Assembly (NCBI GenBank): GCA_036392215.1
Contig: DASVYJ010000091.1
Location: 1,115 to 65,114 of the forward strand
Direction: 5' to 3'
Source: Candidatus Limnocylindrales bacterium
GTDB taxonomy: Bacteria > Chloroflexota > Limnocylindria > Limnocylindrales > CSP1-4
Length of the DNA stretch: 64,000 bases
The notes under the pieces were generated by a model. That model searched no databases. It had not been told where the DNA came from and worked only from the letters and a program-made list of their open reading frames with translations. Below, in pieces: positions 56,180-64,000 of the stretch. The position numbers and the translations under genes are program-made. Position 1 is the stretch's first letter; each line of letters begins with the position of its first letter.

Positions 56180-57031
56180 ATGCCGTTCATCCCGCGCCAG
56201 GAGATCGTCCGCCGCCTCCGCGCCCAGATCGACGCCGGCCGACCCATCGTCGGCTGCGGCGCCGGCACCGGCATCTCGGCCAAGATGGCCGAAGCCGGTG
56301 GGGCGGACCTGATGATCATCTACAACAGTGGCCGCTACCGGATGGCGGGCCGCGGTTCGCTGGCGGGCCTGCTCGCCTACGGCGACGCCAACGGCATCGT
56401 CGTGGAGATGGCCGCCGAGGTCCTGCCGGTGGTCCGGGACACCCCGGTCCTCGCCGGCATCAACGGCACGGACCCGTTCCGGCTGCCGCGCGTCTTCCTC
56501 CGCCAGCTCAAGGAGCTCGGCTTCGACGGCGTCCAGAACTTCCCCACGGTCGGCCTCATCGACGGCAGCTTCCGGGCGAACCTGGAGGCCACCGGGATGG
56601 GCTACGGCAAGGAGGTCGAGTGGATCGCGATCGCCCACGAGCTCGACATGTTCACCTCGCCGTACGTCTTCGACGCTGACGACGCGCGGGCGATGGCCGA
56701 GGCGGGGGCCGACCAGCTCGTCGCCCACGTCGGGCTCACGACGGCGGGCACGATCGGCGCCGGCGTCGCGCTGACGCTCGACGAGGCCATCGAGCGGGTC
56801 ATGACGATCGCCGAGGCGGGCCGCTCGGTCCGCTCCGACATCATCGTCATCTGCCATGGCGGGCCGTTCGACGAGCCCGAGAACGTCGGGGAGGCGCTCC
56901 GGCGGATGCCGGGCGTCCAGGGCTTCTTCGGTGCGTCCAGCATCGAGCGCCTGCCCACGGAGCGGGCGATCCGCGGCCAGGTCGAGGAGTTCAAGCGACT
57001 CGCGGTGGCCCAGCCGGCCGGCGTTGCCTGA
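56180..57031 (+). CDS. phosphoenolpyruvate-hydrolase-like TIM-barrel protein (partner of the Tm-1-like protein)
   Basis: 283 aa ([27 protein letters not shown]...). PEP-mutase / isocitrate-lyase superfamily-like. Confidence 0.65.
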   Translation: MPFIPRQEIVRRLRAQIDAGRPIVGCGAGTGISAKMAEAGGADLMIIYNSGRYRMAGRGSLAGLLAYGDANGIVVEMAAEVLPVVRDTPVLAGINGTDPFRLPRVFLRQLKELGFDGVQNFPTVGLIDGSFRANLEATGMGYGKEVEWIAIAHELDMFTSPYVFDADDARAMAEAGADQLVAHVGLTTAGTIGAGVALTLDEAIERVMTIAEAGRSVRSDIIVICHGGPFDEPENVGEALRRMPGVQGFFGASSIERLPTERAIRGQVEEFKRLAVAQPAGVA

Positions 57032-57107
57032 CGCGCGCCACTCGAGTCCATTCCCAGCGGGGCCCGCTCCGGCGGGCCCCGCTCCCCTTCGCCATCCCGG
57101 AGCCACG

Positions 57108-57911
57108 ATGACCGAGTCCCGCCGCGCCGCGCCACGCACCGCCGTCCCGTCCGCCGGCGGGGCGGCGATGGTGCTCGACGTCGCCCTGGTGCCGGCCGCC
57201 GCGCGCACCTGGCCGGAGACCGTCTGCGTCGTCGTCGACGAGCTGCGGGCGAGCTCGACGATCACGACCTGGCTCGACCTGGGCTGCTCGACGCTGTACC
57301 TGACCCGCGGCCTGGCGGAGGCGCGCCGGCTGGCCGGGCAGCACGGCGCCCTGCTGGCGGGCGAGCGACGGGGACTGACGCCGCGCGGTTTCGACGTCAA
57401 CAACTCGCCCGCGGCGCTGGCCCGCCTCGAGGTGGCCGGCCGCCCCGGTGTGCTCTCCACGTCCAATGGGACGGCGGTCCTCTCGCGGCTCCGCCACATG
57501 CCCGCGGTCCTCGTCGGCTGCCTGCTGAACGCCTCCGCGGTCGCGGTCGCGGCTCTCGAGCTGGCGGTCGCCCTGGACCGGCCCGTCGGCATCGTCTGCG
57601 CGGGGGTCCTCGGCCGGTTCGCCTTCGACGACGCCTACGCGGCCGGCGTGATCGCGGATCGGCTCCTGGCCGCCGCGGCCGCGGCCGGGACCGCGCTCGA
57701 GAGGACGGACGCGACGCTCGCGGTCCGCAGGCTCGCGGCGTCCTGGCCCGACCCCATCGCCGCGCTCGAGGCCTCGGCGAGCGGGCACCTCGTCCACGCC
57801 ATCGGCCAGGGCGAGGACGTCGCCTTCTGCGGGCGGGTCGACGTGAGCTCGACGGTGCCGGTGCTGTGGCCGGACCTGCCGTTGCGCGTGGAGCCGCTCG
57901 AGCGGCCGTAG
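57108..57911 (+). CDS. 2-phosphosulfolactate-phosphatase (ComB)-family protein
   Basis: ComB-like pattern (VDELRASSTI..., NGT, ...). Start at 57108 or at the ATG at 57168 (MVLDVALV). Confidence 0.6.
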   Translation: MTESRRAAPRTAVPSAGGAAMVLDVALVPAAARTWPETVCVVVDELRASSTITTWLDLGCSTLYLTRGLAEARRLAGQHGALLAGERRGLTPRGFDVNNSPAALARLEVAGRPGVLSTSNGTAVLSRLRHMPAVLVGCLLNASAVAVAALELAVALDRPVGIVCAGVLGRFAFDDAYAAGVIADRLLAAAAAAGTALERTDATLAVRRLAASWPDPIAALEASASGHLVHAIGQGEDVAFCGRVDVSSTVPVLWPDLPLRVEPLERP

Positions 57912-57935
57912 CGCGCGGCCGGCGGCGCGGCCGGT

Positions 57936-58472
57936 TCAGGCGCGCGCTGCGAGGGCCCGCAGAACGGCCGCGGCGACCTCGGCCGGCGCCGCGTCGGCGT
58001 CGATCTCCGCGCCTGGCTCGTCGGGCTCGAGCGGCTCGAGCGTGTCGAGCTGGCTGGGCAGGAGCGAGGCGGGCATGTAGTGGCCGGTCCGCCGGGCCAG
58101 CCGCGCCGCGAGCACCGCCTCCGGCACGACGAGGTGGGCGAACCAGACCGACGGATGGCCGACCCGTAGCAGGTCGCGGTACGCCCGCCGGAGGGCGGAG
58201 CAGGTCGCGAGCGCATCCTGGGCCGCCTGCTCGCGCTCGCCGATCCAGGTTGCGAGGGCCTCGAGCCACGGCCGCCGGTCCGCCTCGGTCAGGGCGTGGC
58301 CGGCGTGCATCTTGGCGACGTTGGCCGCGGGATGGAAGTCGTCGCCCTCCGCCGCCGGCCAGCCGAGGCGGGCGACGAGCTCGGCCATCACGGTCGACTT
58401 GCCGCAGCCGGAGACGCCCATCAGGACGACCGTCGTCGTGCGGAGCGGGGCGACGTCGGGCTGTGGCTGCAC
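57936..58472 (-). CDS. gntK: gluconokinase (shikimate-kinase-like, thermoresistant GntK type)
   Basis: P-loop VVLMGVSGCGKST and the motif CSALRRAYRDLLR, typical of GntK. Start tentatively GTG at 58472; the ATG of MGVSG... is also possible. The long track ORF N-terminus is junk. Confidence 0.7.
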   Translation of the reverse strand: MQPQPDVAPLRTTTVVLMGVSGCGKSTVMAELVARLGWPAAEGDDFHPAANVAKMHAGHALTEADRRPWLEALATWIGEREQAAQDALATCSALRRAYRDLLRVGHPSVWFAHLVVPEAVLAARLARRTGHYMPASLLPSQLDTLEPLEPDEPGAEIDADAAPAEVAAAVLRALAARA

Positions 58473-58616
58473 AGTGCCAAGGCTAGCGCGCCGGGGCGGC
58501 GAGCCGTTTCGGGACGTCCGTCCCTTGACGCATCCGCCTGCGCCGCCGGAGGCTTGGGCTCCGCGTCCCGATTCACCTCCGGAAGATTCATCCCCGGATC
58601 CAGAGGGAGCGGCGAC

Positions 58617-59090
58617 GTGGCGACGAGCAAGCGGCAGATCGACGAGTTCTGGGAGCTGCGGCGACTGGCCGTGGTCGGGGTCTCGCGGGATCCCAAGCAC
58701 TTCTCCAACACGATCTGGCAGGAGCTCCGCCAGCGGCGGTACGAGGCTGTCCCGGTCAACCCGAACACGGAGCTGCTCGACGGGCAGCGCTGCTACGCCC
58801 GCGTCGGCGACATCGAGCCGCCGGTCCAGGGAGCCGTGATCCTGACCCCGGCCGCGGCCAGCGAGCAGGTCGTTCGCGACTGCGCAGCCGCGGGCATCCG
58901 CCGCGTGTGGCTGCACAGGGGCGCGGGCGGCGGCCTCGGGGCGGTCAGCCCCGCCGCCGTGGCCGCCTGCGAGGAGCTCGGGATCGAGGCCGTCGTCGGC
59001 TTCTGCCCGTTCATGTTCCTGCCGGGCACGCCGTTCTTCCACGGCCTCCACGCCTTCGCCAAGAAGGTCACCGGGAGCTACCCGCGATGA
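58617..59090 (+). CDS. CoA-binding-domain protein (YccU/YneT-like)
   Basis: GTG after GAGGGAG. 157 aa with motif VAVVGVSRDPKHFSNTIWQEL...YEAVPVNP. Confidence 0.6.
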   Translation: MATSKRQIDEFWELRRLAVVGVSRDPKHFSNTIWQELRQRRYEAVPVNPNTELLDGQRCYARVGDIEPPVQGAVILTPAAASEQVVRDCAAAGIRRVWLHRGAGGGLGAVSPAAVAACEELGIEAVVGFCPFMFLPGTPFFHGLHAFAKKVTGSYPR

Positions 59091-59560
59091 GCGTGGGGAC
59101 CGGCGGGGCCGACAAGGCGGCCGCCGGCGAGGGGCAGCGGACCGCGGTCGTCGTCTACCGCAGCGCGACCGGGACCACGCGCCGGTACGCGGAGGCCATC
59201 GGTGCCCACCTGGCCTCGCGCGGCCTCGCCGTCACGGTCCGCTCCGTCGGCGACTGCGAGATGACGGCCCTGCCGACCGCCGACTTCGTGCTGTTCGGCT
59301 GCTGGACGAGCGGGCTCTTTGTGGTGGGCCAGCACCCGGACCGGCCGTGGCTCGATTTCGCCCGCGACCTGCCACGCCTGGAGCGGCCGAGGATCGGGCT
59401 GTTCACGACGTACAAGCTGCTGACCGGCAGCATGTTCGGGCGGATGCGCGAGCGGCTGGCGGGTCGCACGGCGGAGCCCGAGCTCGAGTTGAAGTCGCGC
59501 GATGGGAGTCTGTCGCCGGCCGACCGAGGCGCCCTCGACCGGTTCGTCGGGCTCGCCTGA
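59087..59560 (+). CDS. flavodoxin-like fold protein
   Basis: ATG overlaps the upstream stop. 157 aa with motif VVVYRSATGTTRRYAEAIGAHL. Confidence 0.5.
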   Translation: MSVGTGGADKAAAGEGQRTAVVVYRSATGTTRRYAEAIGAHLASRGLAVTVRSVGDCEMTALPTADFVLFGCWTSGLFVVGQHPDRPWLDFARDLPRLERPRIGLFTTYKLLTGSMFGRMRERLAGRTAEPELELKSRDGSLSPADRGALDRFVGLA

Positions 59561-59676
59561 CGGCTGCCGCGCCGGGTCGCGCGGTCGCCGCCTCGCGGCC
59601 TGCGGCCCGCGCTACGCTGACGCTCGCGCCGCACGCGTAACCGGGGCGAAAGGTACGGGCCACGAGCATCTCCGCC

Positions 59677-60012
59677 ATGGACACGCTGCGAACCCCCACC
59701 GCGATCGACCGCGATCGCGCCATCGCCCGCCTCCGCCGGCTGACCCTCTCGACTGCCGCCGCAGCCCTCGCCGGGACGCTCGGCTTCGGCGCCCTCACCG
59801 CCGCGACGGGCCATGCCTCGAGCGGCGGCACGTCCGCCGCCGGCACGGCCCAGGCGGCCTCGACCACGACGGCCTCGACCACCACCGGCTCGGCGGCCTC
59901 GTCGCGGACCACGACAGGCTCGACCTCTACGAGCTCGACCCCCCAGACCATCGTCGGCAGCCTCACCGGCGCCGGCTCCGGCTCGGCGCAGGTCTCCTCC
60001 GGCGGCTCGTGA
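59677..60012 (+). CDS. small membrane-anchored protein with Ser/Thr/Gly/Ala-rich low-complexity tail (paralog A)
   Basis: 111 aa: conserved N-terminus MDTLRTPTAIDRDRAIARLRRLTLS, one TM helix, then a low-complexity tail. Its stop overlaps the apbE GTG start (GTGA). Confidence 0.5.
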   Translation: MDTLRTPTAIDRDRAIARLRRLTLSTAAAALAGTLGFGALTAATGHASSGGTSAAGTAQAASTTTASTTTGSAASSRTTTGSTSTSSTPQTIVGSLTGAGSGSAQVSSGGS

Positions 60013-61001
60013 CGGAGGCGCCGCCGTCCCGCTCCTGGCGTGCCATCGGCACGTCCGTCCACGTCCTGGTGACCGCGCAGCCCGACCTCGAGCCCGCGGC
60101 CCGCGCCGTCGCCCGCGTCCTCGACGACGTCGACCTCGCCTACAGCCGGTTCCGCCCCGACAGCGAGCTGCGCCGGCTCGACGTCCGGCCTGGCCGCCCC
60201 GCGGTCGTGAGCCCGCTCCTCGGGCTGGCCGTCGGGACCGCCCTGCGCGCGGCCCGCCTGACCGGCGGTGCCGTGGACCCGACCGTCGGCCGCGCGATGC
60301 GCCTGGCCGGCTACGACCTCGATTTCGCCTCGCTCGCCCGCGTCGGCGGACAGCTCGAGGTGCGCCTCGAGCCGGTGCCGGGCTGGCAGGCGGTTCGGTT
60401 CGACCCGCGGACCCGCGAGCTCTCGATGGCCGAGGGCGTCGAGCTCGACCTGGGCTCGACCGGCAAAGCCCTGGCGGCCGACCTCGCGGCCGAGGCGGCC
60501 CTGATCGCGATCGACGGCGAGCGCGCCGCCGCGGCCGAGCCCTTGACCCCCGACGGTGGGGCGCTGCCCGAGCCCGGCGTCCTGGTGAGTCTCGGCGGGG
60601 ACATCGCGATGGCCGGCACGGCCCCCGAGGGCGGCTGGCGGATCCTGGCCGCCGAGGACAGCGACACGCCGCCGGACGCGCCGGGCGAGGTCATCGCCCT
60701 GGCCCACGGCGCGGTCGCGACCTCCAGCACCACCGTCCGCCGCTGGGAGCGCGGCGACGTACACCTCCACCACCTCCTCGACCCGGCGACCGGCCGGCCC
60801 GCCGAGAGCCCCTGGCGGACGGTGAGCGTCGTCGCCGTGACGTGCGTGGACGCGAACGCGGCGGCGACGGCCACGATCGTCAAGGGTGCCGCGGGGCTCG
60901 ACTGGCTCACGGCGCAGAGGCTGCCGGCGCGCCTCGTCGGCCGCGACGGAGGGGTCGTCCGGATCGGCGGCTGGCCGGAGCCCGTCGCCTCGCGGGCATA
61001 G
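60009..61001 (+). CDS. apbE: FAD:protein FMN transferase (ApbE family)
   Basis: GTG start in frame with track ORF 59502..61001. ApbE motifs (WRAIGTSVHVLV, LDLGSTGKALAADLAA, VSLGGDIAMAG). The ORF N-terminus upstream of 60009 is junk. Confidence 0.8.
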   Translation: MTEAPPSRSWRAIGTSVHVLVTAQPDLEPAARAVARVLDDVDLAYSRFRPDSELRRLDVRPGRPAVVSPLLGLAVGTALRAARLTGGAVDPTVGRAMRLAGYDLDFASLARVGGQLEVRLEPVPGWQAVRFDPRTRELSMAEGVELDLGSTGKALAADLAAEAALIAIDGERAAAAEPLTPDGGALPEPGVLVSLGGDIAMAGTAPEGGWRILAAEDSDTPPDAPGEVIALAHGAVATSSTTVRRWERGDVHLHHLLDPATGRPAESPWRTVSVVAVTCVDANAAATATIVKGAAGLDWLTAQRLPARLVGRDGGVVRIGGWPEPVASRA

Positions 61002-61061
61002 CCGCCCGGACCCCGGGACGGGACCCGGGGGCCGGGCGACGGTCACGCGGCCCCGGACGTG

Positions 61062-61445
61062 TCAGGCGCCGCGCGGGAAGAGGCGGGCGACGCGCGAGCT
61101 GTAGCGGGTGATGGACTCGTTGACCAGCGGCCAGCAGTCCAGCGCCAGCCGCTCCGCCTCGCGGCGGCCGGCGGCCGTCACCTCGTAGCGCGGCGGCGCC
61201 TCCGCCGAGGCCGCCAGGAAGCCGTCGTCCTGGAGCTGGTGGAGGAGGGGATAGGACGCCGGCGGCACCCGCAGCGGACGGACGAGCGGCGAGATCCGGT
61301 CGAGGACGTCCAGGCCGGTGAGGGCGCCAGCGTCCTCGAGCTCGCGGAGGACGAGGAGGCTGACCAGCTCGCGTTCGAGCCGGCCGGCGGTCCGGCGGGT
61401 CGGTCGAGGCAGCGCCAGCGTCGGCGCGTCGAGGAGGGCGGTCAT
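61062..61445 (-). CDS. PadR-family transcriptional regulator
   Basis: 127 aa with a winged-helix region (LVSLLVLRELEDAGALTGLDVLDRISPL...YPLLHQLQDDGFL). Confidence 0.65.
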   Translation of the reverse strand: MTALLDAPTLALPRPTRRTAGRLERELVSLLVLRELEDAGALTGLDVLDRISPLVRPLRVPPASYPLLHQLQDDGFLAASAEAPPRYEVTAAGRREAERLALDCWPLVNESITRYSSRVARLFPRGA

Positions 61446-61602
61446 GGTCGGCTCCTTGCTGCGGCCGGGCGGTGCGAGCCCGGCGCCAGCGACCGTAGCG
61501 ACGCCGTCTGTCGGTCCGGTTACGGACGCGGCACGCCGCTACCCGTAAATGGACAGTGACTTCGTAATCGTTCCGAAAGGGAATGCCGGCGAGACTCGTT
61601 CC

Positions 61603-61983
61603 ATGGACAGCCTTCGCATCCCCAGCCCCACCGACCGCGAGGTCGGCCTGCGCCGGCTGCGCGACCTGACCCTGAGTGTCGCCGTCGCGGGCACTGCGGG
61701 CGCGATCGCCTTCGGGGCGATCGCGGCCTTCTCGAACCCCGGCCAGCCGCGGAACGCGACGAGCGCGACCGGCGGCACGCTCGACGGCCTGCAGGGTGCC
61801 GTGGGCGCCGCCGCGACCCCCCTGTCGGGCGACGACGGCACCACCCTCGAGGATGGCGGCGGCCAGGCTGCTGTCGGCCAGGCGCCGGCCTTCCAGGCCC
61901 CCGCGTTCCAGGCGCCCCAGCAGCTCCCCTTCGGCTTCTCCGGCGGCGGCCACGCCGCGTCCGGCGGCTCGGCCGTCCGCTGA
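61603..61983 (+). CDS. small membrane-anchored protein with Ser/Thr/Gly/Ala-rich tail (paralog B)
   Basis: Start MDSLRIPSPTDREVGLRRLRDLTLS (aa 19 of the track ORF), aligning with the paralog A N-terminus. One TM helix followed by a Gly/Ala/Thr/Gln-rich tail. Confidence 0.5.
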   Translation: MDSLRIPSPTDREVGLRRLRDLTLSVAVAGTAGAIAFGAIAAFSNPGQPRNATSATGGTLDGLQGAVGAAATPLSGDDGTTLEDGGGQAAVGQAPAFQAPAFQAPQQLPFGFSGGGHAASGGSAVR

Positions 61984-62026
61984 CAGCGCCGCCGGACACC
62001 GCCCGCAGGCCCCCGAGGATCGACCC

Positions 62027-62629
62027 GTGAACGACACCGTCCTGTGGTACGCGACCCGCGGCGCGGGCATCGTCTCGCTGCTCCTGTTCACCGCGGTCGT
62101 CGTCCTCGGCATCCTCCAGACGCTGCGCTGGCAGACCGCCTCGTGGCCGCGCTTCCTGACGGCCGGCCTGCACCGCAACCTCGCCCTCCTCTCGGTCGCC
62201 TTCCTGGCCGTCCACATCGTCACGGCGGTCGTCGACCCGTACACCGCCCTCGGCCCGCTGGCCGCCCTGGTCCCCTTCTCGTCGCCGTACCGCCGGCTCT
62301 GGCTCGGCCTCGGCGTCGTCGCCTTCGACCTGCTGCTCGCCCTCGTCCTGACCAGCCTCGTCCGCGTCCGCCTCGGCCACCGCGCATGGCGGGCCGTCCA
62401 CTGGCTGGCCTACGCCGCCTGGCCTGTCGCGCTCCTGCACGGGGCCGGGACCGGCAGCGACACCGGGGCGCTCTGGATGCGACTGCTCGACGCCACCTGC
62501 GTGGTCCTCGTCGTCGGGGCCACGACGATGCGCCTGACCTTCGAGCGGCAGGCCCTCGATCGGCCGCCGGCCGCGCCCGCCTGGGTCGGCTCGACCGGCC
62601 GGGCTCGCGCGAACGGCCGGGAGGACTGA
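62027..62629 (+). CDS. ferric-reductase-like transmembrane domain protein (MsrQ/YedZ-like, 6 TM, bis-His heme sites)
   Basis: GTG start (VNDTVLWYATRGAG...). Conserved His residues in TM helices (LHRNLALLSVAFLAVH, HWLAYAAWPVALLH). Confidence 0.6.
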   Translation: MNDTVLWYATRGAGIVSLLLFTAVVVLGILQTLRWQTASWPRFLTAGLHRNLALLSVAFLAVHIVTAVVDPYTALGPLAALVPFSSPYRRLWLGLGVVAFDLLLALVLTSLVRVRLGHRAWRAVHWLAYAAWPVALLHGAGTGSDTGALWMRLLDATCVVLVVGATTMRLTFERQALDRPPAAPAWVGSTGRARANGRED

Positions 62630-62630
62630 G

Positions 62631-63890
62631 GTGAACGGCCCCATCCTGCCCCGCCTGCTGGCTGGCCCGCCGCTGGGCGCCGGCACCGAATCCCTGGCCG
62701 ACCACGTCGCCCGGATCGGGCGCGCCCCCGTCGGCGGCCCGTGGCTCGTGGACGAGCTCGACGCGAGCGGCCTGCTCGGTCGCGGCGGCGCCGGCTTCCC
62801 CGTCGGGCGCAAGTGGCGCAGCGTCGCCGAGCGACCGGCGGGGCCGGCGGTCGTCGTCGTGAACGGCGCCGAGGGCGAGCCGGGCAGCGCGAAGGATCGG
62901 GCGCTCATGACCCTCCGGCCGCACCTCGTCCTGGACGGGGCCGTGCTCGCGGCCGAGACGATCGGCGCTGAGGTGGTCCACGTCTACGTCGGCGCCGAGC
63001 ACGTCGCGGCGCTGCGGACGATGCACGCTGCGATCCTCGAGCGGGGCGCCGGCTGGCGGGTCCCCGTCTTCCTCGTCGCGGCACCCCGCGGCTACGTCGC
63101 CGGGGAGCAGTCGGCCGTGATCCACTACATCGAGGCCGGCGACGCCCGGCCGACGACCCCCTACCGGCCCTGGGAGCGGGGTGTCGACGGCGCGCCGACC
63201 CTCGTCCAGAACGTCGAGAGCCTCGCCCACGTCGCGCTCATCTCCCGCCACGGCGCGGGGTGGTTCGCAGAGGCCGGCCGAGCCCACTCCCCCGGGACGG
63301 CGCTCGTCACCCTCAGCGGCGCCGGGCTGCGGCTCGGCGTCCGCGAGATCGAGCTCGGCACGCCCCTCGGCGAGGTGCTCGACTCGGCCGGCGTGGACCG
63401 CGACGCGCTGCGAGGCGTCCTGCTCGGCGGCTACTTCGGGACGTGGGCCCGCCTCGACGACGGGACCGCGGCGCTGCCGCTGGACCCGGTCGGCCTGCGC
63501 GAGCGCGGCCTCGCCTTCGGAGCCGGCGTCCTGACCCTCCTCGGCCGGGACGAGTGCGGCGTGGACGCGACGGCCCGGATCATGGCCTTCCTGGCCGGCG
63601 AGAGCGCCGCCCAGTGCGGGCCGTGCGTCTTCGGCCTGCGGGCGCTCGCCGATGCGACCGCGCGCCTTGCGGTCGGCCGCGCCGAGCCGGGCGACCTCGG
63701 CCGCATCGAGCGCTGGGCCGCGATGGTCCAGGGCCGCGGCGCCTGTGCCCATCCGGACGGCGCCGTCGGCCTGCTCGCCAGCTCCTTCGTCGCGTTCGGC
63801 GACGAGTACGCCCGCCACGCCGAGCGAGGTGACTGCTCGGCGACGCCGGGTCCGGCGATGGCCGCGCGCCCGGCCGGGGCAGCCGCGTGA
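62631..63890 (+). CDS. NuoF-like NADH-binding flavo-iron-sulfur protein (51-kDa-subunit family)
   Basis: GTG after GGGAGGA. Motif GRGGAGFP (FMN/NADH site) and a C-terminal 4Fe-4S Cys cluster (CGPCVFG...C). Confidence 0.7.
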   Translation: MNGPILPRLLAGPPLGAGTESLADHVARIGRAPVGGPWLVDELDASGLLGRGGAGFPVGRKWRSVAERPAGPAVVVVNGAEGEPGSAKDRALMTLRPHLVLDGAVLAAETIGAEVVHVYVGAEHVAALRTMHAAILERGAGWRVPVFLVAAPRGYVAGEQSAVIHYIEAGDARPTTPYRPWERGVDGAPTLVQNVESLAHVALISRHGAGWFAEAGRAHSPGTALVTLSGAGLRLGVREIELGTPLGEVLDSAGVDRDALRGVLLGGYFGTWARLDDGTAALPLDPVGLRERGLAFGAGVLTLLGRDECGVDATARIMAFLAGESAAQCGPCVFGLRALADATARLAVGRAEPGDLGRIERWAAMVQGRGACAHPDGAVGLLASSFVAFGDEYARHAERGDCSATPGPAMAARPAGAAA

Positions 63891-64000
63891 TGGCGCGCCT
63901 CGAGCTCCGGGTCGACCGCATCCGCTGCGACGGCGCGGGGCTGTGCGCCGAGCTGCTGCCCGAGATCGTCAGCCTCGACGACTGGGGCTACCCCATCGTG
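63890..64000 (+). CDS. ferredoxin (partial, continues beyond window)
   Basis: MARLELRVDRIRCDGAGLCAELLPEIVSLDDWGYPIV resembles small 3Fe/4Fe ferredoxins. TGATG overlap with the NuoF-like gene. Confidence 0.5.
   Translation, partial: MARLELRVDRIRCDGAGLCAELLPEIVSLDDWGYPIV

Noticed and set aside
61002-61061. GC-rich near-palindromes between apbE and the PadR gene (cccgggacgggacccggg...) and between the ComB-like and gntK genes (gcgcggccgg x2)
   Set aside because: Imperfect, G/C-only. Expected by chance in 72% GC DNA. Not convincing as terminators or binding sites.
1-64000. Search for CRISPR arrays, tRNA/rRNA genes, transposases, integrases, or phage genes
   Set aside because: No evenly spaced short direct repeats. 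No cloverleaf-like, rRNA-like or AT-rich structured RNA segments recognised. No DDE/tyrosine-recombinase or phage structural protein patterns among the supported CDS. The only repeats seen are the intergenic ones reported in findings.

Overview
High-GC (about 70-73%) bacterial chromosomal window, Actinobacteria-like in gene content, densely coding on both strands. Most very long ORFs in the track are high-GC frame artefacts (antisense, Arg/Pro/Gly-rich). Genes were called from recognisable protein families and Shine-Dalgarno-supported starts.

Content is mostly catabolic and redox metabolism:
- Reductive pyrimidine and beta-alanine catabolism: a fused dihydropyrimidine dehydrogenase, an NCS1 permease, a class-III aminotransferase, a second PreA-like module, and two MmsA paralogs.
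- Sugar-acid and pentose-phosphate genes: KDPG aldolase, KDG-kinase-like PfkB, gluconokinase, a split transketolase, transaldolase.
- Two independent CoxSML-type molybdenum hydroxylase sets. One has a cleanly split large subunit plus CoxG; the other has an unsplit large subunit.
- A DeoR-controlled fused E1(alpha-beta)/E2 2-oxoacid dehydrogenase module.
- A Tm-1-like / PEP-hydrolase-like / ComB-like triad.
- An ApbE / ferric-reductase-TM / NuoF-like / ferredoxin module preceded by two paralogous small Ser/Thr/Gly-rich membrane proteins.

Most unusual items:
1. An orphan CpaF/TadA secretion ATPase fused in-frame to a RidA domain, with no pilus genes nearby.
2. A PEP-utilizer family pair. One protein has a PPDK ATP-grasp plus phospho-His domain and a C-terminal HTH-like domain. 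The other has a new roughly 470-aa N-terminal domain plus phospho-His domain and no ATP-grasp; it is followed by a GntR gene and then by an HprK-like P-loop protein that is tightly linked to a Mo-hydroxylase/cyclase/ADH gene run.
3. A 31-bp composite palindromic motif (ATCGAT(C/G)ATCGATGA-NN-GGGCCGAACGGCCC) present as direct copies flanking a GNAT gene. GGGCCG-NN-CGGCCC palindromes recur in other promoter regions.
4. A conserved leader in front of the two small S/T/G-rich genes.

No rRNA, tRNA, CRISPR array, transposase or integrase was recognised.
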